From contig BTVV01000008.1 of assembly GCA_045863855.1 (NCBI GenBank), positions 32,001 to 96,000 on the forward strand: a stretch of 64,000 bases of DNA, written 5' to 3'. The translations under genes were made by a program, and so were the position numbers. The stretch comes from Planctomycetota bacterium (GTDB lineage: Bacteria; Planctomycetota; SZUA-567; H5-PLA8). Every line of letters begins with the position of its first letter. Positions within the stretch are counted from its first letter, which is position 1. The notes beneath the pieces were generated by a model that was not told the origin of the DNA, ran no database searches, and was given only the letters and a program-made list of their open reading frames with translations. This document shows positions 27,972 through 38,233 of the stretch, piece by piece.

Positions 27972-30881
27972 TTATTTCCACGAGGTTCCGCTTACGTCGG
28001 TCCGGGTAAGGAGGTATGTAGTGGAAAATGTTAGGTTTCCACTTGGGGTGACGATCACAAAGTCCACGTCCAACGGGAAGGTTAGGCCACCCGCTCCGGC
28101 GTTGGGAATGCCTGTGCCTGCCACATAATTGGTGGTCAGCTTGAAGGTCTTCTTCGCGTTGGCGAGTTGGAAGGACTTCAGCTCGACCGGCTTAGCGGGA
28201 TCCTTGGCGTTCATCGTGAAGGTGGCTAGGGCGCCGGCCCCGGACGTCAGGATGACCGCATCGGGAATCACGATGCCCGTCGCGCCGCCCAAGTCCACAG
28301 TTACGTCGCCCGAGAGGTCCAGTGCCGCGCCGCCTGCCGGATGCAGGAAGCCGCTGAGGCTCAAAAGGTGCCCCAAGCCGTTGCGCGTGTCTTCCTTGGC
28401 GCTGCCCTTGGTGACCACGAAGAAGCCGCCGAAGGACATGTTCTTCGCGGCGGAGAACTTGCCCTTGCTGCTGACGCCCAAGCGGGACGTGACGTCGAAT
28501 CGGATCAGCCCGTTCAGGTCCAGGTAGGTGATCGCGGCGCCGTTGGTAAAGCGCAAGCCTACGGCCACATCGAGTTGCTCGACGCCGGTCTGGTCGTCGG
28601 GACCGAGTTCGGCGAGGAGGTCCGCCGCTTTAAGCTGCATCAGGAACATCTTGGACTTGAGCGTCACCTGCGCCTTTATGCCCGGCACGACGCCTTTGGC
28701 CGAAGCAAAGCGCCCGGCGGCGTCGAGGATCGCCGTGGCGACGTCGGTCCCGTTCAAGGTCAGGATGGCGCGCACGCCGGCCAGATTGGCGGGCAGATCC
28801 ATGGGGTTGAAGTTCCCGCGGATCATGAACGCGTCGGCGTTGGGCTTGGTGCGGCTGATCGAGAAGTTTCCGCTGCTGGCGTAGAGATCCGCATCGTCGG
28901 CTCCGCCGGCCACCGAGATCAGCAGGCTCGCGGCGACGCTTGGCACCCCTTCGTCGTCGGTGACGACCAGCGTGGCGAAGTATGCGCCGGGATCTGTATA
29001 GGTGTGGCTGATGGTGGCGGAGGCGTTGGTGGGGGACGTATTCCCGTCGCCGAAGTCCCAGGCGTAGTTGGCGATGGTGTTGGTGCGGTCGGGATCGGAA
29101 GAACCCGCGCCGCTAAAGTCGACCTCTTCGTCGTCACCAATCTCCACGGAACCGCTATTGCCGTTTCCAGTCATGACGGCCACCGGAACCCGATGAACGT
29201 AAAACTTGTTCGTGGCGGTCACGGTTCCGCCGTCGGTGGGGTTGGTGACCGTCACGCTGCGGAAGATGGTCGCGTCGGCACTGGCTGCGATGGAGACGTT
29301 GGCCGTGAGTTGGTTGGCCGCGTTGAAGGTGACGCTGTTTACCGTGATTCCGGTACCCGAAAAGCTCACCGTGGGCGTACCGCCAGAGTTGTGGAAGTTC
29401 GTGCCGTTTACGGTCAAATCTCCCGTGAAGCCTTGCAAAGCAAAGAGAGGGGCCACGGTGCTTACCGTCGGGTCAGGCCCGGCCACCAGGAAGGCGTTGT
29501 TTTTTGTGGATGAGCTACCGTCGTCGGTATTGGTAGTGGTTACGTTTCGCCAACCGATTGCCGCACCCCCGGCGACTGAAACATCGACTATCAGTTCGGT
29601 GCTGCCGGTTCGCGAGACGTTGTTGACCGTGACACCCGTGCCACTAAACGAGACCGTGTTGCCGCCGGAGTGGAAGTCCGAGCCCTCAAAGGTGAGGTCA
29701 TCTGACGTGCCGCGCACGACCCGATTAGGAGTGATGGTGTCGACAATAGGGGCACTACCACTAATTACGGTAATCTCGTTGCTGAATTCGTTGGTCGTTG
29801 CGGCGGCGTTGGTAAACTTGGCGCGTACTCGGTACTGGTAAGTACCGGCTGAGGGAGTATCCGTGATGGTAAAGGTTGGATCACCTGTACTGAAGTCCTG
29901 ACTGCCCGTGGAGTCGGTGAAGTCGCCTACCTTAGCGTATGAGCCGACCGGAGATCCATCTGGTTTGCGCCAAAGTTCGTAATGTTCGACGGAGGCGGCG
30001 GAATCGGTTCCCGTTCCGTCTGTCGTATCGGCGCCTGTCACGTGAAGCGAAACTTTCCGAACAAGAATGTCGGCAATGTTATTGCCTGGAGTTGGATTGC
30101 TGATCTTGGGCACGGCGCGGCTGTAGAGGACCTGCAGGAAGTACATATCATCGTTGATGGGCCGCTCCGTTCCTGAAACGGATGGAAACATTAATGCGCC
30201 ACTCTCGCTCGTATGTCCCAGGTTGAGCGCATGGCAAAATTCGTGCGCGGCGGTAGCGCGAAGGACGGCGGCTGAACCAAATGCCCCTGACTCCGTATCC
30301 AATTTTACAAAGCCGTCCGTGATGTAGGTCGGATCACCGGTGCTCCAGCCACCCAGCCCAATGGTACTGCCTGATAGCGTACCCTTGCCTACGCGAATGG
30401 CCCCAGAGCCGTCGGATCGTTCTTCGACGACGATTCCACAATGATCTTCCAGAGCTTCGAATGCCGCACGGATCTGATCTTTGCAATTCGCGATGCCGAG
30501 ATCGGTGCCATCTGCGATCGCGCTTAAGGATACACTACCGTTTACCGTTTCATTGCTGGTGACGAACTCGAACGTAATGAGCGTTTTCTGTCCCGGCGCG
30601 CCAGGTTCCCAGCGATCCGAAGACGAGCCTAGGAAGGAACGCTTGCCGACGCTGCGCGACCCCGGTAACCGCAGCCAATGCTTCTCCGGATCCCACCCGC
30701 AACACCCGCCCCCATGAACGTGCGGCGCGGTCGTGCCTGCTTCACCCGCATGAAGCCGGGGAGGTGCCGTTAAAACACAAAGCGCCATGCAGGCCACGAT
30801 TGTGGCTGCGCAGACCCTGCGAAGCTGGATAGGCTCTATAGCCGCCGCCCGTTGCACCAATTCGATCACTAGAACTCCCAC
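27972..30881 (-). CDS. Secreted matrixin/M10-like metalloprotease with Ig-like (IPT) repeats, a PKD domain and an unassigned C-terminal region
   Basis: HEFCHALNLGH...ALMFP zincin motif plus Met-turn; two VSFSGTG(V/I)TVN Ig-like repeats; YAWDFGDG...SHTYTDPGAY PKD. Start uncertain. Confidence 0.85.
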   Translation of the reverse strand: MGVLVIELVQRAAAIEPIQLRRVCAATIVACMALCVLTAPPRLHAGEAGTTAPHVHGGGCCGWDPEKHWLRLPGSRSVGKRSFLGSSSDRWEPGAPGQKTLITFEFVTSNETVNGSVSLSAIADGTDLGIANCKDQIRAAFEALEDHCGIVVEERSDGSGAIRVGKGTLSGSTIGLGGWSTGDPTYITDGFVKLDTESGAFGSAAVLRATAAHEFCHALNLGHTSESGALMFPSVSGTERPINDDMYFLQVLYSRAVPKISNPTPGNNIADILVRKVSLHVTGADTTDGTGTDSAASVEHYELWRKPDGSPVGSYAKVGDFTDSTGSQDFSTGDPTFTITDTPSAGTYQYRVRAKFTNAAATTNEFSNEITVISGSAPIVDTITPNRVVRGTSDDLTFEGSDFHSGGNTVSFSGTGVTVNNVSRTGSTELIVDVSVAGGAAIGWRNVTTTNTDDGSSSTKNNAFLVAGPDPTVSTVAPLFALQGFTGDLTVNGTNFHNSGGTPTVSFSGTGITVNSVTFNAANQLTANVSIAASADATIFRSVTVTNPTDGGTVTATNKFYVHRVPVAVMTGNGNSGSVEIGDDEEVDFSGAGSSDPDRTNTIANYAWDFGDGNTSPTNASATISHTYTDPGAYFATLVVTDDEGVPSVAASLLISVAGGADDADLYASSGNFSISRTKPNADAFMIRGNFNPMDLPANLAGVRAILTLNGTDVATAILDAAGRFASAKGVVPGIKAQVTLKSKMFLMQLKAADLLAELGPDDQTGVEQLDVAVGLRFTNGAAITYLDLNGLIRFDVTSRLGVSSKGKFSAAKNMSFGGFFVVTKGSAKEDTRNGLGHLLSLSGFLHPAGGAALDLSGDVTVDLGGATGIVIPDAVILTSGAGALATFTMNAKDPAKPVELKSFQLANAKKTFKLTTNYVAGTGIPNAGAGGLTFPLDVDFVIVTPSGNLTFSTTYLLTRTDVSGTSWK

Positions 30882-31122
30882 TAACCCCGCCTAACTCTAC
30901 AAGGTGCATGCCCGAGGGTCAATCAACATGCGCCGTGCGTAAACCATTTTGCGAAACGCACGTGTGCTTGCTTTCGGCCTTTAAGGGACGTAACGTAACT
31001 TGTGCAGGCGCGCTCGCCCCTGCAAGTGCTTCGTGAATCCTGGCCGAGCCCCGTTTACCCCTGCCTTGACCCCCAACTCTGAGGCGTCGAGCGGGCCGCT
31101 TCTTAGGAGGAAGATCGTTCCC

Positions 31123-32298
31123 ATGGCCGAAACCATCGCCCCGCACGGCGGCACCTTGATCAACCGGGAAGTCACCGGTGCGCAACGGCAGAGCTTGCTC
31201 GAGAAGGCCGAGAAGCTGCCCAAGATCCGGCTGCACGATTTCGAAGTCTCCGACCTCGACATGCTGGCCTGCGGCGCGCTTTCGCCCCTGCAGGGCTTCA
31301 TGGGCAAGGCCGAACTCGAAGGCACGCTCGAAGCCATGCGCCTGCCCAACGGTTCGATCTGGAGCCTCCCGATCGTTTTGGCCCGCCCGAAGGATCAGGT
31401 CGGCCGCGTCGGCGCCGGCGACGAAGTGGCGCTGACCGATGCCGACGGGAACGTCCTGGCGGTCCTGCACGTCGAAGAGCAGTACGAACACGATCAGGAC
31501 AAGCATGCCAAGCTGGCCTTCGGGACCGGCGACGAAGGGCATCCGGGTGTCGCGCGCATCAAGGGCCTGATGGGCAACGTCGGCCTGGGCGGCAAGGTCT
31601 CGGTCGTCAACCGCGTGAAATACAAGGACTTCAACGAGCATCGCCTCGATCCGGCGCAGACGCGCGCGAAGTTCGCCGAACTGGGCTGGAAGACGGTCGT
31701 CGCATTCCAGACGCGCAATCCGATTCACCGCGCGCACGAGTACCTCACCAAGGTGGCGCTGGAGATCGTCGACGGCCTGCTGGTGCATCCGCTGGTGGGC
31801 GACACCAAGGGCGACGACGTTCCGGCCGCGGTGCGCATGGAGTGCTACAAAGTCCTGCTCGAGAACTACTACCCCAAGAAGAGCGTGATGCTCTCGGTCT
31901 TCCCGGCGGCGATGCGCTACGGCGGGCCGCGCGAGGCGATCTTCCACGCGCTGTGCCGCAAGAACTACGGCGTCACGCACTTCATCGTCGGCCGCGACCA
32001 TGCCGGCGTGAAAGACCGCGAAGGGAAGTCGTACTACGGCGACTACGACGCGCAGAACATCTTCGAACGCTTCAAGCCCGAAGAGCTGGGCATCCAGATC
32101 TTCAAGTTCGAGCACACCTACTTCGACAAGCGCACGGGCGGGATGGTCAGCTTCAAGACCGCGCCGGCCAACGCCGAAGCGGTGAGCGTCAGCGGCACGA
32201 AGCTGCGCGAGATGCTGCAGAAGGGCGAAATTCCGCCGCCCGAGGTGACGCGGCCGGAAGTCGCTCAGGTCCTGATCAAGGCCATGCGCGCCAAGTAA
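31123..32298 (+). CDS. sat: Sulfate adenylyltransferase (Sat type)
   Basis: APHGGTL, SPLQGFM, FQTRNPIHRAHEY, MRYGGPREA, FIVGRDHAGV, SGTKLRE; AGGAGG RBS. Confidence 0.96.
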   Translation: MAETIAPHGGTLINREVTGAQRQSLLEKAEKLPKIRLHDFEVSDLDMLACGALSPLQGFMGKAELEGTLEAMRLPNGSIWSLPIVLARPKDQVGRVGAGDEVALTDADGNVLAVLHVEEQYEHDQDKHAKLAFGTGDEGHPGVARIKGLMGNVGLGGKVSVVNRVKYKDFNEHRLDPAQTRAKFAELGWKTVVAFQTRNPIHRAHEYLTKVALEIVDGLLVHPLVGDTKGDDVPAAVRMECYKVLLENYYPKKSVMLSVFPAAMRYGGPREAIFHALCRKNYGVTHFIVGRDHAGVKDREGKSYYGDYDAQNIFERFKPEELGIQIFKFEHTYFDKRTGGMVSFKTAPANAEAVSVSGTKLREMLQKGEIPPPEVTRPEVAQVLIKAMRAK

Positions 32299-32326
32299 GC
32301 GTGCGGTTGTTACGAAGAGGTATCCG

Positions 32327-32359
32327 ACGAGGCGCGCCCTGCAAGGCGCGCCTCGTTTG
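32327..32359 (+). terminator. Terminator-like hairpin after sat
   Basis: 12 bp stem ACGAGGCGCGCC/GGCGCGCCTCGT followed by a short T run. Confidence 0.6.
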
Positions 32360-32417
32360 CTTGCAGGGAGCCCGAATTTCTGCGGTCGAGCGGCGGGATT
32401 CGCGCGTCTACAATACG

Positions 32418-33242
32418 ATGCGTATGCGGAACTCCACACGGCACGGGCAGGGTTTCGGGCGAGCGGCGCTCCGGACGGGGCTCTTGGCCTGCGCGCTGGC
32501 CGCCGCCGCACCGGCCGGCGCCGGCGAAGCTTCCGGCGACAGGCCGGCGGCGGCCGCCGCTTCCCCCGAGGTGCGCGCCAAGGCGCTGGTCGAGCAACTG
32601 GGCGATCCGCGCTTCGGGCCGCGTTCGCAGGCCTACGACGAACTGCTGCGCATGGGGCGCGCACCCGAAGGGCGCGCTGTTTTGGAACCGCTCACCGTGG
32701 CGCTGAACCACGCCGACCCGGAAGTTCGCACGCGCGCCGCCGAAATCCTCATCGAACTGCGCGGGCGCGGCTTCATCGGCATCCAGCTCAACGAGGACTG
32801 GGGTGGGGAGCAGGTCGCCGACTATACCGAGATCGACGAAGAGAACGGCCAATTGGCGCCGCCCGTGCCGGCCGAAGAACCCAAGCCCGGCGCGCCGCGC
32901 CCGTTCCTGCCCGCTCCGATCGTGCAAGTGGCCACCGTCGTGCGCGGGCAGAACCTGCCCGGCGAAAAGGCGGGCATTCAGGACGGCGACAAGATCCTGG
33001 CCGTCAACGGCCGGCCCACGCGCGGGATGTACGATCTGATGCGCGAAGTGATCTTCGCCGGCCCCGGCACGCGCATTCCGGTGCAGATCGAACGCGGCGG
33101 CAAGAAGCAACTGGTGACGGTGGATTTGGCCCGCAATCCCGAAGACGCGGCTCCGCCGATCGACCTGCGCAAGCCCGAATCGCTACCTGTGCCCGCGGCC
33201 AAAACGGAGCCCGACGTGCAGCCCGACGATGGCAATAAATAA
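32418..33242 (+). CDS. Secreted protein with a HEAT-like helical pair and a PDZ domain
   Basis: Signal peptide; LVEQLGD...DPEVRTRAAEIL; GFIGIQL and PGEKAGIQDGDKILAVNG (PDZ). Confidence 0.8.
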   Translation: MRMRNSTRHGQGFGRAALRTGLLACALAAAAPAGAGEASGDRPAAAAASPEVRAKALVEQLGDPRFGPRSQAYDELLRMGRAPEGRAVLEPLTVALNHADPEVRTRAAEILIELRGRGFIGIQLNEDWGGEQVADYTEIDEENGQLAPPVPAEEPKPGAPRPFLPAPIVQVATVVRGQNLPGEKAGIQDGDKILAVNGRPTRGMYDLMREVIFAGPGTRIPVQIERGGKKQLVTVDLARNPEDAAPPIDLRKPESLPVPAAKTEPDVQPDDGNK

Positions 33243-33248
33243 CAGAGC

Positions 33249-33273
33249 GGCCATTTCCGGCTCGGAAATGGCC
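33249..33273. terminator. Hairpin between the convergent PDZ gene and rpmH
   Basis: GGCCATTTCCG-gct-CGGAAATGGCC, a perfect 11 bp stem. Confidence 0.65.
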
Positions 33274-33309
33274 CCTGTCAACCCCTCGAAGATTCGGTGA
33301 ATCGAAGCG

Positions 33310-33447
33310 TTATCCGAAGACCGTCGCCGTCCGGCCGCGGCTGCGGCGGCGGTTCAGCACCTTCCGGCCGCTCTTCGTCCGCTTGCGGGCGAGGAAGCCC
33401 GAGACCCGGCGCTTCTTGAGGCGAGACCTGCGTTCGTTCGTCTTCAT
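33310..33447 (-). CDS. rpmH: 50S ribosomal protein L34
   Basis: Below the ORF-track size cut-off. Manual translation MKTNERRSRLKKRRVSGFLARKRTKSGRKVLNRRRSRGRTATVFG; AAGGAG RBS. Confidence 0.93.
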   Translation of the reverse strand: MKTNERRSRLKKRRVSGFLARKRTKSGRKVLNRRRSRGRTATVFG

Positions 33448-33506
33448 TGCTGCCACTCCTTGCCGAACCACCGTCTCCGTCGGCTCGGCCGACCGGAAAG
33501 CGAGGC

Positions 33507-33534
33507 ATTATGCGCCCTCGCTTTATTACGTCAA
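33507..33534 (-). promoter_or_regulatory. Sigma70 promoter for rpmH
   Basis: Minus strand TTGACG, 16 nt spacer, CATAAT. Confidence 0.6.
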
Positions 33535-33710
33535 GTCTATCTCCACAAGTCCTTTACCCGAACCCGCGCTTCTCCTGAGCCAGCCGCACCTTCCGTGTTT
33601 GCCGGGCGGAGCGGAATCCCCGATAGTGGGGGGCGCTTGAGAAGTCTATTCGAGAACTTGCCGCGGCGGCGGATCGTCCGCCGAAGGCCCCCTGGAGTCG
33701 CTGCGCCCGC

Positions 33711-35405
33711 ATGTCCGGCCGCCTGCCTTATCTTGCCGAAGGCGCCTGCATTGCGGTGCTGGCGAGTTTCCTGTTCGCCTACGGGATGGACCAGCGCGAC
33801 CTGCTCCGCGCCAGCGAAGGCCGCGTTGCGCGCGCCGCGCAGGAAATGCTCGACCGAGGCGAATGGGTGCTCCCGTACCTGAACGGGGAGCCGCGGATCA
33901 AGAAGCCGCCGCTGGCCTCGTGGGCGGTGATGCTCTGGGCGTTGGCCTTCGAAGGCGGCGTCGTGACGGAACGCGCAGCCTTTGCGCCTTCGGTCCTGGC
34001 AGGCGTACTAAGCGTGCTCCTGATTTACGCTTGGCGGGCCCGTTTGCGATCCGGCGATGCGCAAGCCGACCGGTCCGCCGGGTTCCTCGCCGCGCTGGTA
34101 TTGGCCGGATCGCTGGGCTTCCTGGGACAGGCGCGGCAGGCCGATCTCGACATCTGGCTCGCGCTTTTTACCGTGCTGGCCTTCTGGGCTTGGGAACGCT
34201 ACCGCCTCGAAGGTGCATCCGGCGCGCTGGCGGTCTTTTACCTCGCGCTGGCGCTGGGCTTTCTGACCAAGGGCCACGTGATCCTGGTCACGGTAGTACC
34301 GCCCCTCCTGATCTGGCGCTTTATGGAAGCCCGGCGCGGCACGCCGGAGCCTTCGGCTGCTCGTCCGTGGCGCTGGCACGCCATCGGCATCGCACTCTTC
34401 TTATTGCTGGTGCTGGGGTGGGGGATTCCCTTCTTGCAGCGCAGCGGCCTGACGTGGGAAGGCTTCCGAAAAGAGGGGCTGGACCGTTTTGACGCCGAGA
34501 CGTCGCACCAGGAAGCGCCGTACTGGTACCTTGCCAACGTACCGCTCTGGATGGCGCCGTGGATCGCCTGGCTTCCCTTCGCGATAGCTTGGCAGCTCAA
34601 GAAGCCCGCCGATGCGCTCGACCCGCGGCGGCGGCTGTGGTGGCTGTGGTTCGGCGTGAATCTGGTGCTCTGGTCGTGCCTCACCGGAAAGCAACGCCAC
34701 TACGCGATCCCTTGGCTGGTACCGCTGGCGCTCTTGATCGGGGACGGCGTTGTGGGCTTTCTGCGCGCTTACGCCGCCGGCGAACGCCGCACCGACCTGA
34801 ACGCCGGGCGCGGGTCCGCGATCGGCCTTGGCTTGCTGCTGGCGTTCGGAGCCTTGGGCTTGGCCGGTTGGGCGCAACACAAGTTGGACGCGGGCGCCTG
34901 GGTCTGGATTTTTGCGGGCATCGGCGCCGTGAGCTTTCTGCTGGGCGCCCTCAAGGCCGCCCGCGTCACCCCGGACGCCTGCCGCGACGGAGTCTGTCCG
35001 CGCATCTGCTGGATGGCTTGGTGGGGCGGCGTGCTGGCGGTTGCCGCGCTGTATACGCAAACCTTCGAGCGCGCCGATAACGCGGCGCAGACCGAGGCCG
35101 GATTCTGCCTGAGCGTACGCGCCGCGGTTCCGCCGGATGCGCCGCTGTACGACACCGGGCTGGGCCGGCCACACCTGCTGTTTTATCTGGGCCGCAATGT
35201 CGGATCTGTCGAGAACGAGCCGGAAGCGGTGCTGAAGATCCTGCGCTCCGAACCGCGCGCGTACCTGCTGCTCACCGCGGGGCTGCTGGAGAAACTGCCT
35301 CCCGGCGCCTATGTGGAAGCCATTCCGAGCGAACCGCGCAGCGAGCGGCACCGCTACGGCGCCTGCCTGATACGAGGAGCGCCGGCCGCAAGCCCGCCGG
35401 AGTAG
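33711..35405 (+). CDS. ArnT/PMT-like (GT39/GT83) membrane glycosyltransferase
   Basis: EGRVARAAQEM...W..P.LNGEPR..KPPL..W, LGFLTKG, GKQRHY.IP; many TM segments. Confidence 0.88.
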   Translation: MSGRLPYLAEGACIAVLASFLFAYGMDQRDLLRASEGRVARAAQEMLDRGEWVLPYLNGEPRIKKPPLASWAVMLWALAFEGGVVTERAAFAPSVLAGVLSVLLIYAWRARLRSGDAQADRSAGFLAALVLAGSLGFLGQARQADLDIWLALFTVLAFWAWERYRLEGASGALAVFYLALALGFLTKGHVILVTVVPPLLIWRFMEARRGTPEPSAARPWRWHAIGIALFLLLVLGWGIPFLQRSGLTWEGFRKEGLDRFDAETSHQEAPYWYLANVPLWMAPWIAWLPFAIAWQLKKPADALDPRRRLWWLWFGVNLVLWSCLTGKQRHYAIPWLVPLALLIGDGVVGFLRAYAAGERRTDLNAGRGSAIGLGLLLAFGALGLAGWAQHKLDAGAWVWIFAGIGAVSFLLGALKAARVTPDACRDGVCPRICWMAWWGGVLAVAALYTQTFERADNAAQTEAGFCLSVRAAVPPDAPLYDTGLGRPHLLFYLGRNVGSVENEPEAVLKILRSEPRAYLLLTAGLLEKLPPGAYVEAIPSEPRSERHRYGACLIRGAPAASPPE

Positions 35406-35488
35406 CGCGCTCCCGCACGCACTTTCATCCCTAGGACCTGCGGGTATAACTCGGACCACTATTCACCCAATGCGAAGGACACGACCGC

Positions 35489-36529
<1,041 letters not shown>

Positions 36530-36626
36530 CCGGTCGTTCCGCATGCCTTCGAAGCCCGTTGGGCAAGAGTCTGCTGTGAGCCGTACGCCGTTTGCCGATC
36601 GCTGCTCCAACCCCGAGAGACCGACC

Positions 36627-37634
36627 ATGGACCATCCCGAACGCCCGCACGCCCCCGATGTCGCCGAACGCGAAAGCGTAGACGACGGTTTTAGCGCCGG
36701 CTGGGGTCTGCAGATGCAGCCTTCGGTGAAGTACTGGCTCGATTGCCACACGCACATGTCGGAAAAACGCGCGCCGGACATTTTGGAGTCCGTCGCCCAC
36801 TGGCACGGTCCGATGTGGGGCCATCGCTTGCGCCGCCACGTCGCGGTGGACGGCTACCCCGACCGTGCCGATGCGCTCGCCGCCGCCGCGAAAGCCGACG
36901 ACCGTTTTCTGTGGCTGTGCCGCATGCGCTTCGATGCGCCGGACGTGAAGCACCTCGAACGCTGCAAGGACTTGGGCGCGGTGGGCCTGAAGCTCCACAA
37001 CGCGCCGTTGATCGAGAGCGGCGCCGAACGGCGCAGCGTCCTCTCCGACGAGTGGCAGCGCGTGTACCGGCGCGCGGGCGAACTGGGCCTCCCGGTGCTC
37101 TGGCACGTCACGCAGCGCCACACGGCCTCGCCCTACACCGGGGGCGGGCTGCATTCGTACTGGAAGGTCGGCTGGCCCAACGGCGTGAAGTACACGAACG
37201 AGGATCTGCTGAGCGATTTCGAAGAGGCGGTGGCGGCGCATCGCAAGACCACCTTCATCGGCGCGCACCAGCTCCATATCGGCCCCAAGCGCATGGCGGC
37301 GCTTTTCGCCAAGCATCCCAACTTGGTGGTGGACACGTCCATCGGCTGTTTCGTCGCGGCGGACGACACCATGTACGACGAAGACCGCGCGGTCTGGCGC
37401 GCCTTCTTCATCGAGCACGCCGACCGGTTGCTTTTCGGAACCGACGTGGTGGTGAGTCTGGCTTCCTCGAAGTGCGAACTGCTGCGGCAGCACTTCCTGG
37501 GGCACACGCGCTTCATCAAGCAGTTGCGCCTGCCTCAAGAGGTGCTGACGAAAGTCGCGCACGCGAATTTCGAGCGCGTGGCGGGGATTGCGGAGACGGC
37601 GAACCTCTTCGAGTGGGGCGCGCTGCGGCCGTAG
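36627..37634 (+). CDS. Amidohydrolase family protein (Amidohydro_2-like)
   Basis: DCHTH, GLKLH, PVLWH, GAH, DTS, LLFGTD metal-binding pattern. Start uncertain (36543, 36627 or later). Confidence 0.85.
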   Translation: MDHPERPHAPDVAERESVDDGFSAGWGLQMQPSVKYWLDCHTHMSEKRAPDILESVAHWHGPMWGHRLRRHVAVDGYPDRADALAAAAKADDRFLWLCRMRFDAPDVKHLERCKDLGAVGLKLHNAPLIESGAERRSVLSDEWQRVYRRAGELGLPVLWHVTQRHTASPYTGGGLHSYWKVGWPNGVKYTNEDLLSDFEEAVAAHRKTTFIGAHQLHIGPKRMAALFAKHPNLVVDTSIGCFVAADDTMYDEDRAVWRAFFIEHADRLLFGTDVVVSLASSKCELLRQHFLGHTRFIKQLRLPQEVLTKVAHANFERVAGIAETANLFEWGALRP

Positions 37635-37647
37635 GCCGAGGCTTGCG

Positions 37648-38232
37648 CTATAAAAAGCGGTTCAGGTACGCCAGGCTTTCCGGATCGAGCTTGGTCATGT
37701 CGTGGATCTCGTAGCGGTTGCCGTGAACGTCGATGAGCATGACGCGGTTGTGGAGCTGCACCTGGATCTGTTCGTAGATGTCGTTCATCTCGAACTCCAC
37801 GATGCCGCGGTCGGTTTCGACGATCCACTGCACCAGCCAGCGGCGGTCGCGGACTTCCACGATGCGCTTGACCTTGGGCACGACGTAGCCGCGCCCCAGC
37901 GCTTCTTCGACAGCCTTGCGCGCCGAGTCCGAAAGCTGCTTAGAGTCTTCCAATATACCGATCACTTCGCCCCGTCCGCCGTCGGGCTTGCCTTCGAAGA
38001 ACTGGATAAACCGCTGCGGATCGCTGTGCGGAAACGCGTACGCCGCGTAGACGCGCAGAAAACTTTTCTCGCCTTCGATGGTCATCCGCACCGGCGCCGT
38101 TCCACCGGGCCATTTGAACGACAGTTTGGCCGCGTCGAGCCAGTTGACGGTCTCGGCCTTGACCTTGGACTTGGCGTCAACGGGCTTCTCGCCGCTCGCG
38201 AGCGCCTCGGCGTCTTCGGGTCGAGCCACCAT
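37648..38232 (-). CDS. DUF1854-like protein
   Basis: AFPHSDPQRFI, W.VETDRG, LIDVHGNRYEI.D...LD.ES pattern; lies directly behind the ABC transporter, as is usual for this family. Confidence 0.8.
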   Translation of the reverse strand: MVARPEDAEALASGEKPVDAKSKVKAETVNWLDAAKLSFKWPGGTAPVRMTIEGEKSFLRVYAAYAFPHSDPQRFIQFFEGKPDGGRGEVIGILEDSKQLSDSARKAVEEALGRGYVVPKVKRIVEVRDRRWLVQWIVETDRGIVEFEMNDIYEQIQVQLHNRVMLIDVHGNRYEIHDMTKLDPESLAYLNRFL

Positions 38233-38233
38233 C

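Noticed and set aside
30900..31120. Possible SAM riboswitch upstream of sat
   Set aside because: I could not find SAM-I or SAM-II core motifs; an Infernal search would be needed to exclude it fully.
33450..33710. Possible oriC next to rpmH
   Set aside because: No TTATCCACA DnaA boxes, no AT-rich unwinding element and no dnaA gene.
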